Of a stretch of 39,778 nt of DNA, positions 8,800 to 16,956 are shown in pieces. Position 1 is the stretch's first letter, and every line of letters starts with the position of its first letter. Source of the DNA: a virus (taxonomy: Duplodnaviria; Caudoviricetes); the IMG/VR virus record IMGVR_UViG_3300044840_000038, positions 1 through 39,778 of that record; one strand, written 5' to 3'. Below the pieces are notes generated by a model. That model did not search any database. It was not told where the DNA came from and was given only the letters and a program-made list of their open reading frames with translations. The position numbers and the translations under genes are program-made.

Positions 8800-10932
8800 G
8801 TGGCTGCTAACTTCTGTCTCATCCCAGCTGATGCAACTAAGTTCCTGGATGCTATTCGGAATGGACAGATCGACCCCGAGAAACTAGCCAATATGACGAG
8901 CGAGGAACGCCGGACTTTCTTCGAGGGTATCGTTGGTGAAAGTGCCAAAGAGGTTAACGCTTTATTCGAATCCAAACTTCTCTTAAAGAACCAGCAGGTA
9001 GGGTTTGCCTCGTGGGCTAAGAAAGTTTCCGGAATCACTCCCGAGGTACGTCGAGATTTATTTACTAAGATTAGTAAACTTGATCGAGTCTTGAACCCAG
9101 CTGAGGAGAAGGCTTTCTTGAAAGACCTTGCTTCTACCCGACTGGGGGTAGACGTAACAGCGCAGGAGACTAAACAAATCGCTCAGTTGTCTAAGGCGAT
9201 TGATGATGCTAAGACCGCCATGGACCAAGGTGGTAACAGATTAGACTACGGCCGGGCCAAGGTTAATCTGGCGAACTACGTTAATGGCTTAAAACAAGAA
9301 GCCGGGAAGACTTCCCTCAAGGAAATTCCAGGAGTAATTAAGAATAACCCACTGGGAAGTATCGCCCAGGGGGTATCAAATGTGGCCGGGGTTAGTAAAA
9401 GTCTCAAAGCTTCGCTGGATGATTCAGCCCTCTTTAACCAGGGCTGGAAGACGCTGTTTACTCATCCGGGGGTGTGGCAGAAAAATGCCCGCCAATCATT
9501 TGTGGATATGTATAAGACCTTCGGCGGTAAGAAGGTAATGGACGAGATTAGCGCTGAGATTATGTCGCGGCCGACTTATGACAAGATGATTAAAGCCAAA
9601 CTAGCAATTGGCAATGTTGAGGAAGCTTATCCTTCGCAGTACCCCACCAAGATCCCGCTTTTGGGGAAGGCCTTTAAAGCTAGCGAGAACGCCTTTGAGG
9701 GGTTTCAGTATCGTACTCGAGCCGATGTCTTTGATAAATATTTACAGATAGCGGACAAATCTGGCGTCAATATCAACGACAAAGCTCAACTCGAGAGTAT
9801 CGGGAAGCTAGTAAACTCCCTGACCGGTAGAGGGTATTTAGGCGCCGGTGAAAAGATAGCTAACCGAGTTAACAACATCTTCTTCTCCCCCCGTTTTTTA
9901 AAGAGCCAGGTTGATTTTCTGACCGGGCACAATCTTCAAAAAGGAGTTAGCCCCTTCGTGCGTAAACAAGCTGCAATTAACCTCGTGAAAGTTATTAGTG
10001 GTACCGCCGCAGTGTTGGGTATAGCTCGTACGCTTAATCCTAATTCGGTGGAACTCGACCCCAGAAGCTCTAACTTTGGTAAGATAAAGATCGGCAACAC
10101 CACTTTCACTGTCTCAGGTGGGATGGCCCCTGTTATTACTCTAGCCGCTCGAATGCTCGAAGGATCAACCAAGAGTTCAACCGGCACTGTTACGTCTCTC
10201 GATAGTGGGAAGTTCGGCCAACCTACCCGTAAGGATGTGGTCTATAACTTCTTTGAGGGTAAACTTTCGCCAATATCATCGGTCGTTAAAGATATAGCTA
10301 AGGGTAAGGACTTTAGCGGTAACCCTATTACTGTAGGAGGGGAGCTAAGTAACCTACTCTTGCCTCTTCCAATAGCTAACTATAATGAGTTGAAGAGTAA
10401 CCCCAACTCAGCCAATACCATGCTGGCGATGATTTCTGACGCGCTAGGGATAACCACCAACACAATCCCGGCTCCTTATAATGCTCAAGGAACTAGTGTG
10501 AAGATTAAGGACAATAGTTTGATCAATCAGATCACGGTCTATGCTCAAGCTATTGGGACCGATCCTGAGACCGCCTTTAATCGTATCTTTAAAGGAGAAC
10601 AGATCAAGCGAGTCGATAATGGTACCGTCATCGTCCAGCGCATGCCGCTATCTGCCTCGGCAGCCGCCAAGAAGGCTGGAGGCAAGAATAACCCCAGCTA
10701 TAAGTTAGACCATACCGTTCCTTTAGAGATTGGGGGGTCTAATGACTCTAGTAACTTAAAGCTTGTTACAACGGCTCAATGGAAGAACTACACCCCAGTT
10801 GAGAACTATTTAGCTAAACAATTGAAATCCGGTAATATTAGCAAACAAAACGCCCAATCTACCATCCAGGCTTTCAAACAGGGCCGTGAAAGTAAAGCTG
10901 ACGTCTTGGCCGGTAAGTACAACCAACGCTAA
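8800..10932 (+). CDS. Large ejection-type protein with a C-terminal HNH motif
   Basis: Likely GTG start at 8800 after GAGGT; helical body; C-terminal LDHTVPLEIGGSNDSSNL. Confidence 0.6.
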   Translation: MAANFCLIPADATKFLDAIRNGQIDPEKLANMTSEERRTFFEGIVGESAKEVNALFESKLLLKNQQVGFASWAKKVSGITPEVRRDLFTKISKLDRVLNPAEEKAFLKDLASTRLGVDVTAQETKQIAQLSKAIDDAKTAMDQGGNRLDYGRAKVNLANYVNGLKQEAGKTSLKEIPGVIKNNPLGSIAQGVSNVAGVSKSLKASLDDSALFNQGWKTLFTHPGVWQKNARQSFVDMYKTFGGKKVMDEISAEIMSRPTYDKMIKAKLAIGNVEEAYPSQYPTKIPLLGKAFKASENAFEGFQYRTRADVFDKYLQIADKSGVNINDKAQLESIGKLVNSLTGRGYLGAGEKIANRVNNIFFSPRFLKSQVDFLTGHNLQKGVSPFVRKQAAINLVKVISGTAAVLGIARTLNPNSVELDPRSSNFGKIKIGNTTFTVSGGMAPVITLAARMLEGSTKSSTGTVTSLDSGKFGQPTRKDVVYNFFEGKLSPISSVVKDIAKGKDFSGNPITVGGELSNLLLPLPIANYNELKSNPNSANTMLAMISDALGITTNTIPAPYNAQGTSVKIKDNSLINQITVYAQAIGTDPETAFNRIFKGEQIKRVDNGTVIVQRMPLSASAAAKKAGGKNNPSYKLDHTVPLEIGGSNDSSNLKLVTTAQWKNYTPVENYLAKQLKSGNISKQNAQSTIQAFKQGRESKADVLAGKYNQR

Positions 10933-11270
10933 TTACAGTCTACCGGCCCGTTGTTCCCTATTGACCGACAGGGAGTTGGATTAACCTCGGATGTTACTAC
11001 GGGGGCTGGTGAAGCAGCTGGAACCGCTGGTGCGGGATCTTGGTGGGGTGGAATTACCGCGCCTACGGATACGTCGCTGGGATCTGGGCTGGGAGTATAA
11101 CTAGGTGCAACCGCAGGAGCTGCAGTAGGGGCTACAGCGGCCTGCTCGATAATTACCTTGTGGGGCGGGAAGATGTCGCTTACCAATACTGGAGTCGGGG
11201 GGATCGTCATATAGCCCGCTAAGGCTACGGTTGCAAGTAATTCGGTTAGGAGAGCTGTTCTAAAAGTCAT
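10929..11270 (-). CDS. Exported or membrane-anchored Pro/Ala-rich protein (moron)
   Basis: N-terminal hydrophobic segment, Pro-rich linker, C-terminal Cys pair; has its own promoter. Confidence 0.65.
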   Translation of the reverse strand: MTFRTALLTELLATVALAGYMTIPPTPVLVSDIFPPHKVIIEQAAVAPTAAPAVAPSYTPSPDPSDVSVGAVIPPHQDPAPAVPAASPAPVVTSEVNPTPCRSIGNNGPVDCN

Positions 11271-11279
11271 AATGCCTGG

Positions 11280-11308
11280 ATTCTATTCTACTTATTGTTA
11301 TTTGTCAA
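11280..11308 (-). promoter_or_regulatory. Sigma70 promoter for the 10929-11270 gene
   Basis: TTGACA, 17 nt, TAGAAT, 9 nt, ATG on the - strand. Confidence 0.7.
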
Positions 11309-11313
11309 GTAAA

Positions 11314-11336
11314 TGGTATGCTATATCAAAGGGCGG
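11314..11336 (+). promoter_or_regulatory. Extended -10 promoter plus GGGCG element (copy 3), heading the lysis cassette
   Basis: TGG-TATGCT(11317-22), 8 nt, GGGCG(11331-35), 13 nt, ATG(11349). Confidence 0.6.
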
Positions 11337-11348
11337 ATGGGGAATAAT

Positions 11349-11555
11349 ATGGGTGCCATGAAGAAGGTAATGACGAAATCCGCAGCCGCCAAGAAGGCCG
11401 TTCGCGGCGTCGATATGGGCAAAAAGAACGTTCCCGGTAAAACCGGCTTTAAAACGGTAGCGGCTAAAGCTACCAAACAGTATGGTTCAGCAGCTGCCGG
11501 TAAAAAGGTAGCTGGTGCGGTTTTCCAAGCTATGCGCAAATCCGGTAAGCTCTAA
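11349..11555 (+). CDS. Small basic Lys/Ala-rich protein
   Basis: 68 aa, highly basic; start placed after the promoter element. Confidence 0.65.
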   Translation: MGAMKKVMTKSAAAKKAVRGVDMGKKNVPGKTGFKTVAAKATKQYGSAAAGKKVAGAVFQAMRKSGKL

Positions 11556-11562
11556 TTACTGA

Positions 11563-11790
11563 ATGGATGTCCTGCTCAACCAGATTGCTTCGCAGGGCGT
11601 CCTCGGAACATTGTTAGCATTATCTATCCTGGCCAATATTTGGTTGGTTAGACAGTTACTTGCCGAGAAGGATAGGCGCATACTTGGGGCGGAGAGAACG
11701 CGCGATGAGCTAATAGCACCAATTGGATTCATTAAAGACTCGCTAGAGCTGATCCAACAAAAGGTGCAAATCTCTAAGGAGCGAATATGA
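11563..11790 (+). CDS. Putative holin-like protein (1 TM plus coiled coil)
   Basis: N-terminal TM; upstream of the endolysin. Confidence 0.5.
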   Translation: MDVLLNQIASQGVLGTLLALSILANIWLVRQLLAEKDRRILGAERTRDELIAPIGFIKDSLELIQQKVQISKERI

Positions 11791-11963
11791 AGTTCGACTT
11801 ATTTGGCCGCAAAAAGGATAAGATTATCGAGAACATCGCGGAGGAAAACTCCAGAAGAGCCGCAGAGGCGGCGCAGAGTGCAAAAGCTCTGCGCGACTTA
11901 TTGCGCAAAGATGGCATTACGCTACAGATATATATAGCTACTGGAGGTGGGAAGAGAAGATGA
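11787..11963 (+). CDS. 58-aa hypothetical protein
   Basis: Hand-translated MKFDLFGRKK...GGGKRR; TAAGGAG RBS; ATGA overlaps at both ends. Confidence 0.7.
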   Translation: MKFDLFGRKKDKIIENIAEENSRRAAEAAQSAKALRDLLRKDGITLQIYIATGGGKRR

Positions 11964-12274
11964 ATTGGTACTTAGTTTTTAGCCTCATTGCGCGGGTTAT
12001 ATCGCTTATTCTACTAGGATGGTATGTTATACCACGGCAGATCCATGAGGTTAGAAGAGTGGTTGATGGGTTCTCTAGGCTTCGGTGGTATGTCCTTGTT
12101 TGGATATTCCTATTTGTAATTTCTGGCCTTCCTATAATTCTTTATCAGTATCTAAGTCTCACGGGTCGTATTAGTGTAGATTTATTCCATATCGCTAATG
12201 TGGCTTCTGGATTTGCTAGTTTATGCGTTGCTGTAGTCCTTGTGCTAATATACAACTATAAGTACGAGGAATAG
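11960..12274 (+). CDS. 3-TM membrane protein (holin candidate)
   Basis: Three hydrophobic segments; GGAGG RBS; directly before the endolysin. Confidence 0.55.
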   Translation: MNWYLVFSLIARVISLILLGWYVIPRQIHEVRRVVDGFSRLRWYVLVWIFLFVISGLPIILYQYLSLTGRISVDLFHIANVASGFASLCVAVVLVLIYNYKYEE

Positions 12275-12275
12275 C

Positions 12276-13079
12276 GTGAAGGACTACCTGGGAGGGATGG
12301 TTGACTTAACCGGTGATAACTACCTTGATCCTAAGGGTGCTAACTATGATAACGGTCTTCATCAGCGCAGTGTCGGGACAATCACCAGTATCTCGGTCCA
12401 TCACGACGGTCAATTTCGTCCTCATGATTATGATTCAGTAGCTCGTTACCAAGCTGAGGCAGCGCTGCATTATCAAACCCTAGGGCCGGGCCTGCAGTAT
12501 CATTATAAGATTGACAACACCGGCGTCATCTTCAAGATTCGCCCCCACGAAACTTGGCTCTACGTTGTCGGGAGCGCAGAGAATGTTACTAACATAGCCA
12601 TCTGTCTAGACGGGTACTTCCACCCTCCTCAGAATCAGATCCCGACTCGCGAGCAGTACGAGGCTTTCTATCAACTCTGTAAGAACCTCTGTGAGCAGCA
12701 TCCAGAGTTTCCGGCGACCTGGCCCGACGTACGCCCCCACCGTGATTTTAGCTCAACCGCCTGCTGTGGGGATGGCCTAGCCCCCGATATTTATCCCATC
12801 CAGGATGATGCTTCAGCTCAAGCGCACCTGCTTAATAAGGGAACTTATGACTGGCCTCAGTATCAGCCTGGCGGCAACCCTGTTACCCCACCGTCAACAC
12901 CTGCGCCTCAACCAACTCCCCCCTCTACGCCCGCCCCTGTGCCAGCGCCTTTACCGCCACCGGCAACCCCCCCGCCAACTCCTGGGCATGATTACGGGCA
13001 GGAGAATAATAGTTTATTAAAGCAGATCCTAGACTTACTACAGGGCCTCGTAAATAAATTTGCAAGCATATTCAAATAA
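12276..13079 (+). CDS. Endolysin, N-acetylmuramoyl-L-alanine amidase (Amidase_2 type)
   Basis: ISVHH, YHYKID..G, IAICLDG, PHRDFSSTACCG zinc-amidase motifs; Pro-rich linker and amphipathic C-terminal helix. Confidence 0.85.
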   Translation: MKDYLGGMVDLTGDNYLDPKGANYDNGLHQRSVGTITSISVHHDGQFRPHDYDSVARYQAEAALHYQTLGPGLQYHYKIDNTGVIFKIRPHETWLYVVGSAENVTNIAICLDGYFHPPQNQIPTREQYEAFYQLCKNLCEQHPEFPATWPDVRPHRDFSSTACCGDGLAPDIYPIQDDASAQAHLLNKGTYDWPQYQPGGNPVTPPSTPAPQPTPPSTPAPVPAPLPPPATPPPTPGHDYGQENNSLLKQILDLLQGLVNKFASIFK

Positions 13080-13089
13080 CTAGTATAAT
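13060..13089 (+). promoter_or_regulatory. Putative sigma70 promoter
   Basis: TTGCAA, 18 nt, TATAAT, upstream of a TAAGGAG RBS. Confidence 0.5.
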
Positions 13090-13112
13090 AAGCATAACTA
13101 AGGAGAATTATT

Positions 13113-13343
13113 ATGTCAGAAGTAACCACAGATCTACAAACAGCATTAACCGCTCTGCAGTCAGCCGTAACCGCAGATGCAGCCCAGGCCCCAAGCCTCG
13201 GAGACAATCTGCTAGAGGCTCTTAAGCCCCTGTTGCTGGCTACCGGTTGGACCGCCCCAGCGGTGGTTATCCCGGTCACCACTACTGCAGTTGAAACCGA
13301 GACCCCAGCTGAGGACCTGACCGATACCCCTTTAGAGGCGTAA
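13113..13343 (+). CDS. Acidic hypothetical protein
   Basis: 76 aa; strong TAAGGAG RBS. Confidence 0.7.
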   Translation: MSEVTTDLQTALTALQSAVTADAAQAPSLGDNLLEALKPLLLATGWTAPAVVIPVTTTAVETETPAEDLTDTPLEA

Positions 13344-13345
13344 TC

Positions 13346-13555
13346 ATGGGTCAGTTGACTGCCCCCCAGGTTGCCTCTGAGATTAAATCAGGTGTTAAGA
13401 CCACTGAGTTTTACTTCTCCGTTGCTATTAGTGTTTGCAGCATGATTGTCGCCCTGGGCCCAGCAGACAACTCAGTCGTTAAGATTGCCGCCTTAGTTGT
13501 TGCGGTAGCCTCACAACTTGGCTACGTAGCATCTCGTACAACAATCAAAAGTTAG
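13346..13555 (+). CDS. 2-TM holin-like protein
   Basis: KSGVKTTEFY followed by two TMs and Y..SR. Confidence 0.6.
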   Translation: MGQLTAPQVASEIKSGVKTTEFYFSVAISVCSMIVALGPADNSVVKIAALVVAVASQLGYVASRTTIKS

Positions 13556-13564
13556 GAGATTATT

Positions 13565-13714
13565 ATGGGCATCATTCTACTAAGCATTTTCTTAATCGTT
13601 TACTCACTAGTGACGCTGTTTACTATTGCTATCCCAGCTTGGGTACTAGGTATTCTCGCCCTGGTTACTGGCATTGTTCTCTTAGCAGAACGAGCTGGAT
13701 TCCCCCGTATATAA
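13565..13714 (+). CDS. 49-aa 2-TM membrane protein
   Basis: Hand-translated MGIILLSIFLIV...RAGFPRI; AGGAG RBS. Confidence 0.7.
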   Translation: MGIILLSIFLIVYSLVTLFTIAIPAWVLGILALVTGIVLLAERAGFPRI

Positions 13715-13729
13715 TGGTATAGAATAAGT

Positions 13730-13835
13730 TCGTGGTAAGGCTGTAGCCGCCCTTTGAAAGAGAGATGAGCTGATCGATCTACTCATCAGGGTAATTGAGC
13801 CCTGCGGTAAATTGGTAATCAGGATCTACGGAAGG
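13730..13835 (+). ncRNA. Candidate structured RNA or leader carrying an antisense copy of the AAAGGGCG element
   Basis: -10-like TATAAT/TAGAAT at 13710-13725; stems CTGTAG/CTACGG, CCGC/GCGG, GATGAG/CTCATC, CAGGG/CCCTG. Confidence 0.4.
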
Positions 13836-13842
13836 ATTAGCC

Positions 13843-14082
13843 GTGCAGTCGCTTACACACGAGCAAGGCGACTCAGTACTGGATCTGGTCGCAATGTGCC
13901 GTAAGGCAGCCGCAGCCTTCGAGGCTCGCGAGCTGGACAAGACCCGCTATACCGATGCAGTAAAAGAGCTGATGGACGTCTACGGCGTCGCACAGGCTCT
14001 CAAGGTCAACTCCAACACCCTGGAGTACGTCCTGCTCCGTGGTTTGCCGTCGAGCATGCAATTCCCCAACCTGGCTGCCTGA
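13843..14082 (+). CDS. Hypothetical helical protein
   Basis: 79 aa; AAGGA RBS; codons visibly rich in G/C at the third position. Confidence 0.6.
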   Translation: MQSLTHEQGDSVLDLVAMCRKAAAAFEARELDKTRYTDAVKELMDVYGVAQALKVNSNTLEYVLLRGLPSSMQFPNLAA

Positions 14083-14245
14083 TGCTTAGGTATGTAGAGA
14101 AGGCGGCTCGTGAATACCGTAACTGGTATCTCGACATTATCCGGGCTCCTGACCCTCTCGAGATGATGGATGCCGCATATGAGTGCCCTCATGGGCACCT
14201 ACCGTCAGACAAGAACATCAAATGCACTTGTTACAAGGGAGGTGA

Positions 14246-14344
14246 ATGATGAGGATGATTCGATTCATCAAAAGTCTGTTCCACTCCGGTGGGTGGGCGT
14301 TCCTCGCAGAGACCTGCGACAACCCTCAGCTCAAGCTCTTTTAA
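14246..14344 (+). CDS. 32-aa peptide ending in QLKLF
   Basis: Strong RBS AGGGAGGTGA; MMRMIRFIKSLFHSGGWAFLAETCDNPQLKLF. Confidence 0.55.
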   Translation: MMRMIRFIKSLFHSGGWAFLAETCDNPQLKLF

Positions 14345-14357
14345 GGATAATCTCGCA

Positions 14358-14383
14358 GCGTCTCAGTGCGTAATCTGAGGCAT
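14358..14383. terminator. Hairpin between the convergent arms (possible terminator)
   Basis: GTCTCAG-8 nt-CTGAGGC stem at the convergence point; no clear U-tract. Confidence 0.35.
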
Positions 14384-14892
14384 CACCTAAAGCCCCTCAT
14401 TGCACTTCTAGGAAATCGTGTTACCGGCATACCGTTCCAGTTTTGATGGCGAATCTCAAGGTCCCCGTTCGACCATACCCCTGTAATTATTCCAACGTGG
14501 TTATATGTAAACAGCGCCACTCCACCAATATAGGGAGTCTGGGTAGTGGCCAGCCAGGTAATCGGGTTACCGTCGGGACGAATGCTTAGAGGAACCTCTA
14601 AGACGCAATTTCCGCCCGCAATAGCTATGCCAATTGAACCGGTCAGCTCATCAATCGGTACGACAGGCGGAGGAGCCACGTAAGCCACTTCTACGGGTGC
14701 TGGTAGCAATACCGGCGGTGGAGGCGGGACTATACAACTATAGCCCTCTAAATGGCCCCCTTGGTTGGTACAGGGTTCTACGATGGTTTTAATATAGTTT
14801 TGTTTGTAATCGGGGAAGGTTGGTTGTTTGAGATTCGTGAGTTCCAAGCTGCTCGCTAAGACAGCCATTGCTAGAGATACTAAAATAAGCAA
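14383..14892 (-). CDS. Exported CHAP/NlpC-like peptidoglycan hydrolase
   Basis: Signal-like N-terminus, Pro linker, GNCV...HVGII...EIRHQNW catalytic Cys/His pattern. Confidence 0.65.
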   Translation of the reverse strand: MLILVSLAMAVLASSLELTNLKQPTFPDYKQNYIKTIVEPCTNQGGHLEGYSCIVPPPPPVLLPAPVEVAYVAPPPVVPIDELTGSIGIAIAGGNCVLEVPLSIRPDGNPITWLATTQTPYIGGVALFTYNHVGIITGVWSNGDLEIRHQNWNGMPVTRFPRSAMRGFR

Positions 14893-14922
14893 ATCCTGTT
14901 ACAGCGCTAAGGTACCTAACTT

Positions 14923-15357
14923 CTAACGCTTCGTCAACGTTGACAACTTTGCTTTATATGTATCTATAATCTCTTCCAAATCGTGGGGTTTGAACTGTCG
15001 TATAACCTTCGCATCTCTTGCCAGGTCTTCGAGGATAGTGGGTCCATATGTTTGCAGCATGAATCTCGCATAATTTGGGTAATTACCCTTCTTAAAGATG
15101 TTGCATCCAACGCATTGAACATGCCCATTTCGTTCGTCGAATCTAAGGCTATTAGTCCCCCTGGTTTCATAATGCCCGCAATGTTGTTCCTTCCAAGGCT
15201 TGGATACTTGGCAAGTAACACATGTAGCCATTCCCGTGTGCGGGTCGGCATATCGTTGTCTAATATAGAGGCTATAGATGTCATCAGCTTCTTTCTTTAG
15301 CTTGCTTACGCTCTTTTTCTTCTTTCCAGCACCAACAGTTTTCCCAGTCATCATCAT
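14923..15357 (-). CDS. ninG: NinG/Rap-family recombination endonuclease
   Basis: S.YIR.R, CVTC, CGHY..RG...LRFDERN.H.QC..CN. Confidence 0.85.
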   Translation of the reverse strand: MMMTGKTVGAGKKKKSVSKLKKEADDIYSLYIRQRYADPHTGMATCVTCQVSKPWKEQHCGHYETRGTNSLRFDERNGHVQCVGCNIFKKGNYPNYARFMLQTYGPTILEDLARDAKVIRQFKPHDLEEIIDTYKAKLSTLTKR

Positions 15358-15431
15358 GTGTCCTATTATCGCCTACCATTGAGGTATGAGCTATCTCAAT
15401 GCCATAAATCTCGCCGATCACTCCATCCACC

Positions 15432-15773
15432 TCAGACAACTGCCCAGACTCCGGCATTACGTCCGCTGCGAGTCTTACGTTTGCCGATTTCTTTAATAAG
15501 GTCGAGGGCCTTGAGTTCGGTAAAGCGGGCGCTACAGGACTGAGCCAGCATTCCCAGGCTCCCAGCCGCCTCATCACAGGTAGCTCCATAGCTACCTTGA
15601 GCCTTGATATGGCTTAAGACCAAAAGCCGAAGGCGCTGTTTATTAGAGGTAAGGCTCTTGTTGGCCTCCGCGCTGTATTTGTTACCATGGTGCTTTGCAG
15701 CGGTAATGTCTTGGCTAGCAAACTCGGAAGTTCCTCCGGGCATCGGCTTATGATTGAATAGTTCTAACTGCAC
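15432..15773 (-). CDS. Winged-helix DNA-binding protein
   Basis: GTG start after TAAGGAGG (MQLELF...); GATCDE....LG...QS.SARFTEL...TRSGR.A.VW. Confidence 0.7.
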   Translation of the reverse strand: MQLELFNHKPMPGGTSEFASQDITAAKHHGNKYSAEANKSLTSNKQRLRLLVLSHIKAQGSYGATCDEAAGSLGMLAQSCSARFTELKALDLIKEIGKRKTRSGRNAGVWAVV

Positions 15774-15874
15774 TGCTGCCTCCTTAGCATTAAGCACCAA
15801 ACGCACCTGTAGATAATCATGCGTCGCTCCCATAAATAAACTTCATCGACATGCTCACCCATGCAGCCCCCCAT
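15764..15874 (-). CDS. 36-aa Cys/His-containing peptide
   Basis: Hand-translated MGGCMGEH...YRCVWCLMLRRQQCS; TAATG coupling fills the gap. Confidence 0.4.
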   Translation of the reverse strand: MGGCMGEHVDEVYLWERRMIIYRCVWCLMLRRQQCS

Positions 15875-16233
15875 TACTCTAGCTTGTCCTTGACCGTGTC
15901 CATCAGCTTTTCAAAATTACGGTTCCAGTAGTTATCGAAGGGTTCGGACTGATCGGTCTTGTCCCGCCAGTAGAGGAAATAAACCGCCTTTAAGCGCACA
16001 ATCTTAGGTTTGCTCTCGCGACTAGACGCGTCTTCTTTAGGGACATCGGAATCTTTAAGTTCATTAGCCGAAAATAACAACCATCCCTCATTGCTTACAA
16101 TGGTATCCATTAGAGCAAAATCCTTGTTGCTTATCTCCATATTTGTTGTGAAAGCTAGGGAGACGCTCCTGTCCTTCTTACGATTGGCTTTATCGAAAGT
16201 AACCGGTACTTGCATCCTCTCCATGAGGCTCAT
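15874..16233 (-). CDS. Hypothetical protein
   Basis: Start moved to 16233, after the KGG gene stop; protein-like sequence. Confidence 0.65.
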   Translation of the reverse strand: MSLMERMQVPVTFDKANRKKDRSVSLAFTTNMEISNKDFALMDTIVSNEGWLLFSANELKDSDVPKEDASSRESKPKIVRLKAVYFLYWRDKTDQSEPFDNYWNRNFEKLMDTVKDKLE

Positions 16234-16237
16234 TCCG

Positions 16238-16432
16238 CTAGTACTCCTTCTTGCGGCGACTCTTCTTACCCCCTCGGTGCCCCCACTCGGCGCGTTGCTC
16301 CTCGGTGGCTTTGGAGAACCCGCCACCGCGACTCTTCTTACCCCCTAAGGCACCAATCTCTTTGTAGAAGTCGGGGTTGTTCCCTAGGTTAGTTTCTCGG
16401 GCTTTATATCCACCCTCTTGTGTCCCGCTCAT
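16238..16432 (-). CDS. KGG-repeat (general stress protein-like) protein
   Basis: MSGT.EGG.KA..TN...PDFY.EIG.LGGK...GGF...G.RGGK.SRR. Confidence 0.75.
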   Translation of the reverse strand: MSGTQEGGYKARETNLGNNPDFYKEIGALGGKKSRGGGFSKATEEQRAEWGHRGGKKSRRKKEY

Positions 16433-16956
16433 TAGAAAGGCTCCGTTAGAGTTAGTTGATCATATGCCTCGATTGGTGGTTGTTCGGCGGCGAAATCACC
16501 CATGTCGGTCATGGGGACTTCTACCCCATCAAAGGGGTCGGGAGCCTGGTCGGGGTTAAGCAGCTGCATTAGGTCTGCGTAGGTATCGTGGAGCTGGTTG
16601 TATTTACGTTTGTCAGCAACAATTAAATCTACAGCGCCTTTCATAGCTACTTGGCGCTGGATGGAGAGATTCTTGGCTACTTCAAGCGTCATTTCCTGTT
16701 TGAGTTTCTTAGGGTCGGCTTGAAAGGTTTTAGCTCCAGAACTCCGGGGAGCGTACCCGCCAGCTTTAGGGACCCGCCAGTAGGTCTTGCCGGATTTGCT
16801 CTGGTATTCTTCGGCTTCGTGCTCACCTAAACTCGCTAAGGCAGCATCAAAGGTTTTCTGAGGTTCTCCCTTATTCTCAATGTGGATGGTGTACATGTAG
16901 TCTGAGGTAGGCGTGGCTCTCCAGGGCGACCCTACGTGAGTAACATTTATCTTCAT
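16432..16956 (-). CDS. Putative single-stranded DNA-binding protein
   Basis: Beta-rich N-terminus, SIQRQVAMKGAV helix, acidic tail ending EPF. Confidence 0.5.
   Translation of the reverse strand: MKINVTHVGSPWRATPTSDYMYTIHIENKGEPQKTFDAALASLGEHEAEEYQSKSGKTYWRVPKAGGYAPRSSGAKTFQADPKKLKQEMTLEVAKNLSIQRQVAMKGAVDLIVADKRKYNQLHDTYADLMQLLNPDQAPDPFDGVEVPMTDMGDFAAEQPPIEAYDQLTLTEPF

Noticed and set aside
13765-13790. Hammerhead ribozyme (CTGATCGA near GAAA)
   Set aside because: The core does not match CUGANGA and the required stems cannot be built.
14170-14373. 67-aa ORF from the track
   Set aside because: No RBS; the overlapping 14246-14344 frame has a strong AGGGAGGTGA RBS.
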